A stretch of DNA of 64,000 nt. Origin: Spirochaetaceae bacterium. Its GTDB lineage: Bacteria > Spirochaetota > Spirochaetia > DSM-2461. Below are positions 10,736 through 20,025 of the stretch, piece after piece. The DNA lies in NCBI GenBank assembly GCA_051531975.1, contig JAOPTT010000009.1:352001-416000 (forward strand), in the 5' to 3' direction. Position numbers and translations under genes: made by a program. The notes under the pieces were generated by a model, which saw only the letters and a program-made list of their open reading frames with translations, ran no database searches and was not told the DNA's origin. The stretch's first letter is position 1, and every line of letters begins with the position of its first letter.

Positions 10736-12268
10736 ATGCCTGATTCTAAAGCTGAACAACACCAGCTACTGGAAATCAGGGGTTTGAGTAAGAGCTTTCC
10801 AGGTGTGAAAGCTCTTCAATCTGTTGATTTCACCCTAAGGTCTGGAGAAATCCACGCCTTAATGGGTGAAAATGGAGCAGGTAAATCAACCCTGATAAAA
10901 GTACTGACTGGTTTACATAAAAGAGATAGTGGAACAATATTGATGAATGGACAACCATTTGAGTCTTCATCACCACTGGACGCATCACTAAAAGGAATAA
11001 GCACTGTATATCAGGAAGTCAACTTAGTACCAAACCTCTCTGTAGCAGAAAATATATATATTGGAAGACAGCCTACTAAAAGAGGTTTAGTTGATTGGAA
11101 AACAATGAATAACAAAGCCCAGGAAGCCTTAAAAAAACTGGATCTAGATATTGATGTTACAGAGCAGTTATCTTCCTACTCCATGGCAATTCAGCAGATG
11201 ATTGCGATTGCAAGATCTCTTGATATAGACGCTAAGATTTTAATACTGGATGAGCCAACATCAAGTCTAGATCAGGCTGAATGTAAGCAGTTATTCCTTA
11301 TTATGAATAAATTGAAAGTAAATGGCATGGGAATTATTTTCATAACTCATTTTCTTGATCAAGTTTATGAGAACTCAGACTATATTACAGTTTTAAAAAA
11401 TGGACAATTTGTAGGAGACTACCCTATAGAAGAATTACCTAAGATAAAACTTATTTCTAAAATGCTTGGTAAAGAAATTGAGGATATAGGTGATTTATCG
11501 ATCAAGCGTAAAACAACTTATAAAATCGATAGTAAAGAACTTATGAATCTAGAAAATATTGAGCGTAAAGGCGTTTTACATAAACTGAGTATGGATATTA
11601 AAGATGGAGAAATACTTGGACTTGCAGGACTATTAGGTTCTGGTCGAACTGAACTTGCAAAAATACTGTTTGGTATTGATAAACATACAAGTGGATATAT
11701 CAATATCAACGGAAACAAAGTACATCTAAACTCACCAAAAGCTGCAATATCAAACTCAATAGCTTTTTGTCCTGAAGATAGAAAAACAGAAGGGATAATA
11801 CCGGATCTGAGTGTTAGAGAAAATATTGTTCTCGCTCTCCAGGCAAGATATGGAGTTTTTAAAAGTTTATCAAAATATGATCAAGACGGAATTTGCAATA
11901 AATATGTTAAGCTTCTTAAAATTAAAGTATCTGGTTTAGAACAGAAAGCGGGGACTCTAAGCGGGGGGAATCAACAAAAATTAATTTTGGCCAGATGGTT
12001 AGCAATGGATCCAAAACTATTAATCCTGGATGAACCAACTAGGGGCATCGATGTAGGAGCAAAAGCTGAGATTGAAAAAATTATACATAAAATGAGTACT
12101 GAAAATAGATCTGTTCTGTTTATCTCTTCGGAACTAGAAGAGATTACAAGAATATGTTCAAGAGCAGTAATATTGAGAGATAGAAAAAAAATTGGAGAGT
12201 TATATGGTGATGATTTGTCAGCATCAAATATAATGAACCATATAGCTAAAGGAGTTCATCAGATATGA
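10736..12268 (+). CDS. ytfR: Sugar ABC ATPase with two NBDs (CUT2, YtfR-like)
   Basis: GENGAGKST, ILILDEPT, LSGGNQQK, DEPTRGIDVGAK. Confidence 0.88.
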   Translation: MPDSKAEQHQLLEIRGLSKSFPGVKALQSVDFTLRSGEIHALMGENGAGKSTLIKVLTGLHKRDSGTILMNGQPFESSSPLDASLKGISTVYQEVNLVPNLSVAENIYIGRQPTKRGLVDWKTMNNKAQEALKKLDLDIDVTEQLSSYSMAIQQMIAIARSLDIDAKILILDEPTSSLDQAECKQLFLIMNKLKVNGMGIIFITHFLDQVYENSDYITVLKNGQFVGDYPIEELPKIKLISKMLGKEIEDIGDLSIKRKTTYKIDSKELMNLENIERKGVLHKLSMDIKDGEILGLAGLLGSGRTELAKILFGIDKHTSGYININGNKVHLNSPKAAISNSIAFCPEDRKTEGIIPDLSVRENIVLALQARYGVFKSLSKYDQDGICNKYVKLLKIKVSGLEQKAGTLSGGNQQKLILARWLAMDPKLLILDEPTRGIDVGAKAEIEKIIHKMSTENRSVLFISSELEEITRICSRAVILRDRKKIGELYGDDLSASNIMNHIAKGVHQI

Positions 12269-13323
12269 AAAAAGGATTAAAAATTAAATTTTTAAAGAAC
12301 TTAAAGCCGGATTCCCGATTAGTATATCCACTCATGGCGCTTCTAGCTATCCTTCTATTTAATCTTATTTTTACAGAAGGTTTTTTTCATATAGAAATAA
12401 AAAATGGACACCTTTTTGGATCATTGATTGATATTTTGAATCGAGGGGCTCCAGTAATTTTATTAACTATTGGAATGACATTAGTTTATGCAACAGGAGG
12501 TGTAGATCTATCTGTAGGTGCCGTTATGGCAATCTCTGGGGCTCTTGCTGCTCAGTTGATCAGACCTGACTATGTTAAAGGAATACTTGAATACGGGAGT
12601 CAAACTTCAATAGTGATTGTATTATTAATTCCTATTTTATTATCCATATTATTAGGGTTATGGAATGGTTTCCTTGTAGCATATATAGGAGTACAACCAA
12701 TTATTGCAACCCTTATTTTAATGACAGCAGGCCGTGGAATTGCTCAGTTAATTACCCGTGGGCAAACTATAGTGTTTGAGCATGAACCATTTCAGTTTGT
12801 TGGTAGTGGATTTCTTTTTGGAGTTCCATTTCCAGTTATTATTGTAATAATAATTGCAGTCTTAACATGGTTAATAACTAGAAAAACTTCTTTAGGACTG
12901 TTTATAGAAGCAACTGGATCCAATTCACGTGCCAGTCACTATATGGGATTAAGCGTTAAACTAATAAAATCAATAACTTATGCCTTTTCAGGTTTATGTG
13001 CAGGACTAGCAGGAATAATTGTATGTTCTGATATTAGAGCTGCAGATGCAAATAATGCAGGACTCTTTTTAGAACTGGATGCAATAGCTTCAGTAATAAT
13101 TGGTGGAACTATAAATGGTGGAAGATTTTCAATATTAGGATCAATAATTGGAGCACTGATTATACAAGCTCTATCAACAACTATTATTACAAGAGGTATT
13201 CCTCCACAAGTTGTTCTGGTTTTCAAAGCTTTTATTATTATTATTGTAGCTTTGATACAATCTGAAAAATTACGAGAGAAGATTAAACAACATTTTCCTA
13301 AAGGAGAAAAAAATGAAGCTTAA
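12265..13323 (+). CDS. ytfT: Sugar ABC permease (YtfT-like)
   Basis: GGVDLSVGAVMAI, ADANNAGLFLELDAIA; hydrophobic. Confidence 0.85.
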   Translation: MKKGLKIKFLKNLKPDSRLVYPLMALLAILLFNLIFTEGFFHIEIKNGHLFGSLIDILNRGAPVILLTIGMTLVYATGGVDLSVGAVMAISGALAAQLIRPDYVKGILEYGSQTSIVIVLLIPILLSILLGLWNGFLVAYIGVQPIIATLILMTAGRGIAQLITRGQTIVFEHEPFQFVGSGFLFGVPFPVIIVIIIAVLTWLITRKTSLGLFIEATGSNSRASHYMGLSVKLIKSITYAFSGLCAGLAGIIVCSDIRAADANNAGLFLELDAIASVIIGGTINGGRFSILGSIIGALIIQALSTTIITRGIPPQVVLVFKAFIIIIVALIQSEKLREKIKQHFPKGEKNEA

Positions 13324-14293
13324 ACTCAACCAAAAGAACATACCTCTTTTTACAACTTTTCTAGTTTTTTTAATTATTTATGCTTCTGGATCAATATTAT
13401 ACAGTGGGTTCTTTTCATTAAGGGTTTTTATTAATTTATTTATAGACAACGCTTTTGTAGGTATAATTGCTGTGGGTATGACTTTTGTTATAATATCCGG
13501 TGGAATAGATCTCTCTGTAGGTTCCTTGGTTGCGTTAACAGGAGTATTAAGTGCAAATTTACTGGCCAATACATCATTAAGCCCTATTTTTGTTATATTA
13601 ATATGCCTCTCTTTTGGTGCTTTATTTGGCTTTACAATGGGATATTTAATACATTATTTAGAGCTACCACCATTTTTAGTAACTCTAGTTGGGATGTTTT
13701 TGGCTAGAGGGTTGTCCTTTGTTATCAGTCTGGACTCTGTTCCAATTCGTGATGAACTATTTCTTAAATTATCACGTATGGCAATCCCACTAGGGAAAGG
13801 TGTCAAAATTCCTTTTATTGCAATTGTCTTTATTTTTATAGTTATACTAGGGGTATATATACTGCATAACACCAAATTTGGACGGAACGTATATGCTATT
13901 GGTGGTAATGAAAAATCAGCTCTTTTAATGGGTTTGCCAATTGGTAAAACTAAAATAATGATTTATACCTTAAACAGTACATTTTGTGCATTAGGTGGAT
14001 TGGTATATTCTATATATACATTGGCTGGTTATCCATTAGCAGGAACAGGTCTTGAACTGGATGTTATTGCTGCAGTCGTTATAGGTGGAACATTATTAAC
14101 TGGTGGAATGGGATTTGTAGAAGGAACATTAATCGGTATTTTAATACTAGGACTTATACAGACAATTATTATTTTTCAGGGTAATTTAAGTTCTTGGTGG
14201 ACCAAAATATTTATAGGAGTTCTTATATCAATGTTTATTCTACTTCAAAGATATTTATCAACTAGAACAATAAAAAAAAAGTCAGATAATTAA
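13313..14293 (+). CDS. yjfF: Sugar ABC permease (YjfF-like)
   Basis: NLFIDNAF, GGIDLSVGS, LSSWWTKI motifs. Confidence 0.85.
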   Translation: MKLKLNQKNIPLFTTFLVFLIIYASGSILYSGFFSLRVFINLFIDNAFVGIIAVGMTFVIISGGIDLSVGSLVALTGVLSANLLANTSLSPIFVILICLSFGALFGFTMGYLIHYLELPPFLVTLVGMFLARGLSFVISLDSVPIRDELFLKLSRMAIPLGKGVKIPFIAIVFIFIVILGVYILHNTKFGRNVYAIGGNEKSALLMGLPIGKTKIMIYTLNSTFCALGGLVYSIYTLAGYPLAGTGLELDVIAAVVIGGTLLTGGMGFVEGTLIGILILGLIQTIIIFQGNLSSWWTKIFIGVLISMFILLQRYLSTRTIKKKSDN

Positions 14294-14325
14294 TCTATAA
14301 TATCAAAATACCATACTTATTAATT

Positions 14326-14365
14326 AAGAAAGCCACCCTGTTATATAGGTGGCTTCTCTTTTATT
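14326..14365. terminator. Bidirectional intrinsic terminator
   Basis: AAGCCACC...GGTGGCTT stem between convergent yjfF and proS, T-rich tail. Confidence 0.75.
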
Positions 14366-14379
14366 TATGTATGAAAATC

Positions 14380-16125
14380 TTAAAGTTTACCAGTAACCCC
14401 AAGTTTCTCTGATTCTATTAGATCTTTTGTATACTGTTGTAATGTCCCTATTAAACCTTCTAAAGGAAGATTTTTATTCTCTTTACCACATCGGGTTTTA
14501 AACTCAACCTCATTTGATTCTAAAGTTTTATCACCTACAATAACTCTTAAAGGAATACCAAAAAGATCGGCGTCTTTAAACTTAGCACCGGCTCTCTCTT
14601 TTTTTCTGTCATCAAATATAACTTCGATTCCAGCTGCTAACATATCTTTATATAACTCTTCAGCTTTAGGTGATGCTTTACTTAAGTTAATTAGATGCAC
14701 ATGGTATGGAGAAACTGACATAGGCCATATAATTCCATTATCGTCGTGGTGTTCCTCTACAATACTTGCTAAAAGTCTACCAATACCAATACCGTAAGAA
14801 CCCATAATTACTGGTTTCTCTTTACCGTCAACATCGTTAAAAACAGCCCCAATAGCCTCAGTATATTTTGTTCCAAGTTTAAAGATATTACCAACTTCTA
14901 CACCTCTAGAGAAGTTTAGTTCAGCTTTACATACAGAACACTTAGCTCCTTGTTCAGCATTTGCAATATCAGTTACAACATTTGCTTTAAAGTCTCTATT
15001 TATTCTAACTCCGGTTAAGTGATAATTTAATCTATTTGCCCCAGCAACGAAGTTTCTATTTTTCTGAATAGTTTCATCAGCAATAATTACGGCATTCTCA
15101 ATTCCTACAGCGGAACCAAATCCTGCAATACAACCATGTGCTTCAATTTCTTCTACTGTAGCGGCTCTTAATTCTTTTGCTTTAATCCCATTTTGAACTT
15201 TAGTTTCGTTTACCTGTAAGTCACCTCTAATCTGAGCAATTACAAATTTTTCAACTTCCTCATGTCCATCTTGGAATGTTCCCATATAAAATACAGCTTT
15301 AACAGTGTCTTTTGCTTCAACATTTAAGAAGTGTGAAACATCCTCAATAGTTTTTGTATCTGGAGTTAAAACTTCTTTTAACTTTTCCTCTTCCTGTTTA
15401 GGAAAAAACTCTTTAGTAAAAGTTGCTACTTCGCTATTTGCAGTATAACCACAATCACATGTAACAAGGCTGTCCTCTCCCATAGAAGTTAAGTACATAA
15501 ACTCATGGGCCATTTTACCACCCATAACACCCATGTCTGAATTAACAGTAATAACTGGAAGCCCACATCTATTAAACATATTAAAATATGCGTGAAAATG
15601 CTCTTCATACTGCTCATCTAATTGTTTCCAGTTTGCAGCAGCAGAATAACTGTCTTTCATTGTAAATTCTCTAACTCTAATTAGACCGGCTCTAGGTCTA
15701 GCATCATCTCTCCATTTTGTCTGAAGTTGATAGATTGTTTGTGGTAATTGTTTATATGATATTATTTCACTTTTCATTAACGTTGCTGCAACCTCTTCGT
15801 GGGTCATGGCTAATACCATATCCCGGCCCCAACGGTCATTAAACTTCGTTAACTCTTTGTCGATTTCGTAGTATCTGTTTGTCTCTTTCCATATATCAGC
15901 AGGATTTATTACAGGCATGGTTATCTCTTGTCCACCAATTTTGTTCATCTCTTCTCTGATAATGTTTTCTATTTTGTTTATTGTACGTTTCGCTATAGGT
16001 AAATAACTATAAATTCCTGCTGCAAGTTGTCTAATAAAACCTGCTCTAACTAAGTACTCAGCACTTGCTGCTTCATCTTTTCCTGTAGGTCGTAAAGTCC
16101 TAGAAAATAACTGACTTTGTCTCAT
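14380..16125 (-). CDS. proS: Proline--tRNA ligase (bacterial type with editing domain)
   Basis: MRQSQLF start (ATG 16125 after GAGGT), RAGFIRQLAAGIY, RPRAGLIRVREFTMKDSYS, EVGNIFKLG, MGSYGIGIGR. Confidence 0.96.
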   Translation of the reverse strand: MRQSQLFSRTLRPTGKDEAASAEYLVRAGFIRQLAAGIYSYLPIAKRTINKIENIIREEMNKIGGQEITMPVINPADIWKETNRYYEIDKELTKFNDRWGRDMVLAMTHEEVAATLMKSEIISYKQLPQTIYQLQTKWRDDARPRAGLIRVREFTMKDSYSAAANWKQLDEQYEEHFHAYFNMFNRCGLPVITVNSDMGVMGGKMAHEFMYLTSMGEDSLVTCDCGYTANSEVATFTKEFFPKQEEEKLKEVLTPDTKTIEDVSHFLNVEAKDTVKAVFYMGTFQDGHEEVEKFVIAQIRGDLQVNETKVQNGIKAKELRAATVEEIEAHGCIAGFGSAVGIENAVIIADETIQKNRNFVAGANRLNYHLTGVRINRDFKANVVTDIANAEQGAKCSVCKAELNFSRGVEVGNIFKLGTKYTEAIGAVFNDVDGKEKPVIMGSYGIGIGRLLASIVEEHHDDNGIIWPMSVSPYHVHLINLSKASPKAEELYKDMLAAGIEVIFDDRKKERAGAKFKDADLFGIPLRVIVGDKTLESNEVEFKTRCGKENKNLPLEGLIGTLQQYTKDLIESEKLGVTGKL

Positions 16126-16241
16126 AATAATTATTACCTCTCTTAATCTGTAGCTACACACTTCCATAAGTTTAAAGTAGCTATCATTTAGTCCTATTAA
16201 AATAGCACTATAGAGAGGTATCCGTCAAATTTAATCGGGTA

Positions 16242-17474
16242 TTATATATCCTTTTTTACAAAAATAAGAGATGAGATGCAGTTCTTTTCAACTTTCTCTA
16301 TTGACCACTGTCCTTCATCTGTCTCAATTGTTAAACCAGCAGTTGGAAAGTTACCTATTCGCTCAGTTAAATATCCATTAATTGTTTGTGTTCCCATGTC
16401 ATGGGGTATCTCTAAATCTATTATATCTTCTATGTCGTAGAATGATGAATCTCCGGCAACTTTCCAAGTTTTATTATTAAGTTTTATTATTGGAGCTTCT
16501 TCAAACGTTTCATTTTCATCGTACATTTCACCAAATATTTCTTCTAATATATCTTCTCTGGTTACAATACCATCTAGTCCACCATATTCATCTAATACAA
16601 TAGCTATATTTAACTTCTCAATCTTAAATTTTATAAATAGTTCATTAACCTTATTGCTTCCTGGAACAAAAATAGGTTTATGAGAAAAATCCTTAATAGG
16701 GCGTTTTTTATCCTCTTCGCTTAGCTGAACAATATCCTTAAAAAGTATGATCCCTATAATGTTTTCATCGCTATGTTCAAAGATTGGAACTCTAGATTTT
16801 CCTTCAATTAATAATTCCTGAAAAATATCGTTAACACTGAGACTACCATCCAATCGTATAACATCTGTTCTATGGGTCATTATGCCGTGTATAGGAGTAT
16901 CGTTTATTCTAAATACATCTTTAACCATCTGGGATTCATAATCTTCAACTACACCCATTTTTGTACCAGCTTCAACTAAATTAATTAAACTCTCTTCAGT
17001 TATCTGCTGTTTAGGTTTTTTTACAAAAATCTTAGTTAACTGTGTACTGATAGAGGATATAAAAAAGATAAGAGGTTTAAATAATACAGATAAAACCAAG
17101 ATAAAGTTTATGGTTCTATAACAGATAGATTCACTTTTATCTAAAGCGATCTGTTTTGGTGTAACTTCTCCAAATATCAGGATAAACAATATTAGAGCAC
17201 CTGAGCCAAAACCAATATATGCATTACCAAAAATTCTAATGGTAATCATTGTCGTTAAAGTTGTAGCTGCAATATTTACAATGTTATTACCAATTAATAT
17301 TGTAGTCAGAAGTACCTGAGGGTTATTAATTAGCTTTTCAATCTTTAAGCCACGTTTATGATTTCTTTTAATTAGATTTTGAATCGATGATATAGATAAG
17401 GATGTAAATGCTGTCTCTGTACCTGAAAAAAAACTGGAAAGGATAAGTAGTATACCAAGTGCTATTAGATCCAC
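16242..17474 (-). CDS. CNNM/CBS/CorC-domain 'hemolysin family' membrane protein
   Basis: SSFFSGTETAF, ILIGNNIVN, FGEVTPK, IMTHRTD, DEYGGLDGIVTREDILEEIFGE; GTG start. Confidence 0.9.
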   Translation of the reverse strand: MDLIALGILLILSSFFSGTETAFTSLSISSIQNLIKRNHKRGLKIEKLINNPQVLLTTILIGNNIVNIAATTLTTMITIRIFGNAYIGFGSGALILFILIFGEVTPKQIALDKSESICYRTINFILVLSVLFKPLIFFISSISTQLTKIFVKKPKQQITEESLINLVEAGTKMGVVEDYESQMVKDVFRINDTPIHGIMTHRTDVIRLDGSLSVNDIFQELLIEGKSRVPIFEHSDENIIGIILFKDIVQLSEEDKKRPIKDFSHKPIFVPGSNKVNELFIKFKIEKLNIAIVLDEYGGLDGIVTREDILEEIFGEMYDENETFEEAPIIKLNNKTWKVAGDSSFYDIEDIIDLEIPHDMGTQTINGYLTERIGNFPTAGLTIETDEGQWSIEKVEKNCISSLIFVKKDI

Positions 17475-17545
17475 GTGGCTCTCTCTTTAATTATTAATCC
17501 CATCGAAAGGGGGTCGGGGTCTTCTGTTGTCACTAATTCGTTCAT
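17465..17545 (-). CDS. Putative 26-aa leader ORF MNELVTTEDPDPLSMGLIIKERATWI
   Basis: Manual translation from ATG at 17545; the ORF overlaps the CNNM GTG start in another frame; locally GC-rich; no clear RBS. Confidence 0.35.
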   Translation of the reverse strand: MNELVTTEDPDPLSMGLIIKERATWI

Positions 17546-17645
17546 AAAAATTATTATAGTGTATCTTTTAGGTAGATTCAATATGTTATTTTAATGATAT
17601 CTTTTAGACAAAAATAGCATATCATATTACTTATAGGAGAAACTC

Positions 17646-19178
17646 TTGAAAAACCACAAATTTATAATACCTAAAGTCTCTAGTATGAAATTAAACAATT
17701 CGTTATTTGTATTACAAGAAACAAGTCAAATCTCTGTTTCATGTACACAACTAATTCCTAAAGCTGAGTTATTAGCACTGTATTTAAAGCCTAGTACAGG
17801 TTATAAATTACCTATTTCTGTTGGTAAAAAAGGTGACATTCAACTTATTTTAGAAGGTGATAATAATGAAAATTACATTTTAGAGGTAGGAGAGGGGTTA
17901 ATAGCAATAAAATCTGGATCTTTAAAAGGGATTATTAGAGGTATTATGACTCTAAGACAACTTTTACCAAAACAGATCTTTTCAGATAAAGTTGTAACGG
18001 GTATGACCTGGGAAATTACCGGTTGTCTTATAAAGGATGAACCTAAATTTAAGTGGCGAGGAATGCACTTAGATGTTGGTAGGCATTTTATGGACAAAGA
18101 GGATGTTTGTAAGTTTATTGATACAATTGCTCTATATAAGTTTAATCGATTTCATTTCCATTTAACTGAGGATCAGGGGTGGAGGATAGAGATAAAAAAA
18201 TATCCAAAACTAACAGAGATCGGTTCTACTAGATCATCATCATTAATTGGCTCATTGGAAGATAAACCAAAAAGATATGACGACACTCCACATTTTGGAT
18301 ATTATACCCACGAAGATATAAAAGAGATTGTTAGTTATGCACTATTAAGAGAGATAGAGATTGTCCCAGAAATTGATATGCCTGGACATATGCAGGCGGC
18401 AATAGCGGCTTACCCAGAGTTAGGGTGTACCGATATGACTTTAGAGCCTCTTTGCCATTGGGGAATCTCACAACATATATTAAATGTAGAAGAATCTACT
18501 ATTAACTTCATGAAAGATGTATTAGACGAAGTTATTGAGCTATTCCCTGGGGATTATATTCATATAGGTGGTGATGAAGCTCCAAAGTATGAATGGCAGG
18601 AACAGCGCCGGATTCAAGACCGAATGATAGAATTAGGTCTCAAAAGTGAAGATGAATTACAAAGCTGGTTTATATCCCAGGTTTCTAAGCATATTCAGAG
18701 TAGAGGAAAAAAAGTTATAGGTTGGGATGAGATTTTAGAAGGTGGTTTAGCTGAAGGTGTAGCAGTCATGAGTTGGAGAGGTGAAACTGGTGGAATTGAA
18801 GCTGCTAATTTAGGACATGAAGTAGTTATGACACCAGGGAGTCATGTCTATTTTGATCATTATCAGGATGACCCCAAAACAGAACCATTGGCAATGGGAG
18901 GCTTTACAGACTTAGAGAAAGTATATAATTATAACCCAATTCCAAAAGAACTTTCCAAAGATAAACATCACCTTGTTTTAGGTTCCCAGGGGCAGTTATG
19001 GACAGAGTATATGAAGGATTATAAACAGGTTGAATATATGGCATTCCCAAGAGCGTGTGTATTAGCTGAAGTTTTATGGTCCGATTCAAATAAAGATTAT
19101 TTAGCATTCAAAGAGGTATTAACTGCCCACCAAGATATTCTTAATAATTTAAATGTAGGATACTGCAAGCTTAAATAA
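17646..19178 (+). CDS. GH20 beta-N-acetylhexosaminidase
   Basis: WRGMHLDVGRHF, HFHLTEDQGWR, PEIDMPGH, catalytic HIGGDE, LWTEY; TTG after AGGAG; no signal peptide. Confidence 0.93.
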   Translation: MKNHKFIIPKVSSMKLNNSLFVLQETSQISVSCTQLIPKAELLALYLKPSTGYKLPISVGKKGDIQLILEGDNNENYILEVGEGLIAIKSGSLKGIIRGIMTLRQLLPKQIFSDKVVTGMTWEITGCLIKDEPKFKWRGMHLDVGRHFMDKEDVCKFIDTIALYKFNRFHFHLTEDQGWRIEIKKYPKLTEIGSTRSSSLIGSLEDKPKRYDDTPHFGYYTHEDIKEIVSYALLREIEIVPEIDMPGHMQAAIAAYPELGCTDMTLEPLCHWGISQHILNVEESTINFMKDVLDEVIELFPGDYIHIGGDEAPKYEWQEQRRIQDRMIELGLKSEDELQSWFISQVSKHIQSRGKKVIGWDEILEGGLAEGVAVMSWRGETGGIEAANLGHEVVMTPGSHVYFDHYQDDPKTEPLAMGGFTDLEKVYNYNPIPKELSKDKHHLVLGSQGQLWTEYMKDYKQVEYMAFPRACVLAEVLWSDSNKDYLAFKEVLTAHQDILNNLNVGYCKLK

Positions 19179-19183
19179 GAATA

Positions 19184-19215
19184 CCCCCTTAAAGTTATTT
19201 CCACTTTAAAGGGGG
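19184..19215. terminator. Hairpin between convergent genes
   Basis: CCCCCTTAAAG...CTTTAAAGGGGG imperfect inverted repeat. Confidence 0.65.
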
Positions 19216-19242
19216 CAGTTCATTTAATACAGCCTTCCTGTT

Positions 19243-20022
19243 TTACATACTTTTGTAATACTGATAAAAGTTCTCTTCAATATCTGCTAAAGATGGCATA
19301 GGAAAATATTTATGTTCATTTTCTGAAGTAAACATAAAGCCATGTCTAATTAATCTTGATGGGAACTCATGGAAAGATGAGTGTAATTTAATACCCTTTG
19401 ATATCTTGTCCGGTGTAGTCATAATTTCTTCTATAGAGTTATCTAAAATAGAAGGATGTACTCCTTGAATTGGAGAAGGCAATAGTGGATTCTCTTTAAA
19501 CTCTTTTTGGAATTCTACTGCGTCAAACTCTATCTGTGTATAGAAAAATTTAGGAGCACCCTTTCTGGTATCTGCCGTTAAGTCATTTCCATAATCTACA
19601 AAAGATTTAGTAGACATTGCTAATATTTTAAGAGGTGTAATCCCTGCAAAAATTTTGAATGCTGAAGGGTTTTTCCCACCTTTATACTCTTGGGATTTTA
19701 GCTCCATGACAGCCCCAGTTGAATTAGCAAGATATAAACTTTTAATTGCACTAAAATCTATATGCTCTAAAACTCTGTAAGAAGATATAAACTTTGTTGA
19801 TTTAGGTCTTCCATCAGCGTGTGGAACAGTTTTTTCTAAAGCCCAGTCAATATCAAAATAAGGGTGTCTAAAGTTTATATCAATCTCAGCAAATATAAGC
19901 TTCCCATTAAAATTCTGATTACTACCTGTTAAGTAGTGTTTTCCCAGTTGCTCAGGGGTTAACCCCGACGCAATCAATATGTTATTCGGATGCAGAACAA
20001 CATAGATATGTTTTTCACTCAT
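19243..20022 (-). CDS. Hypothetical cytoplasmic protein
   Basis: 259-aa ORF 3 nt downstream of hppA; no motif recognised. Confidence 0.75.
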   Translation of the reverse strand: MSEKHIYVVLHPNNILIASGLTPEQLGKHYLTGSNQNFNGKLIFAEIDINFRHPYFDIDWALEKTVPHADGRPKSTKFISSYRVLEHIDFSAIKSLYLANSTGAVMELKSQEYKGGKNPSAFKIFAGITPLKILAMSTKSFVDYGNDLTADTRKGAPKFFYTQIEFDAVEFQKEFKENPLLPSPIQGVHPSILDNSIEEIMTTPDKISKGIKLHSSFHEFPSRLIRHGFMFTSENEHKYFPMPSLADIEENFYQYYKSM

Positions 20023-20025
20023 GTT

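Noticed and set aside
16242..17474. 'Hemolysin' as a toxin
   Set aside because: CNNM-CBS-CorC architecture indicates a divalent-cation transport protein; the family name is historical.
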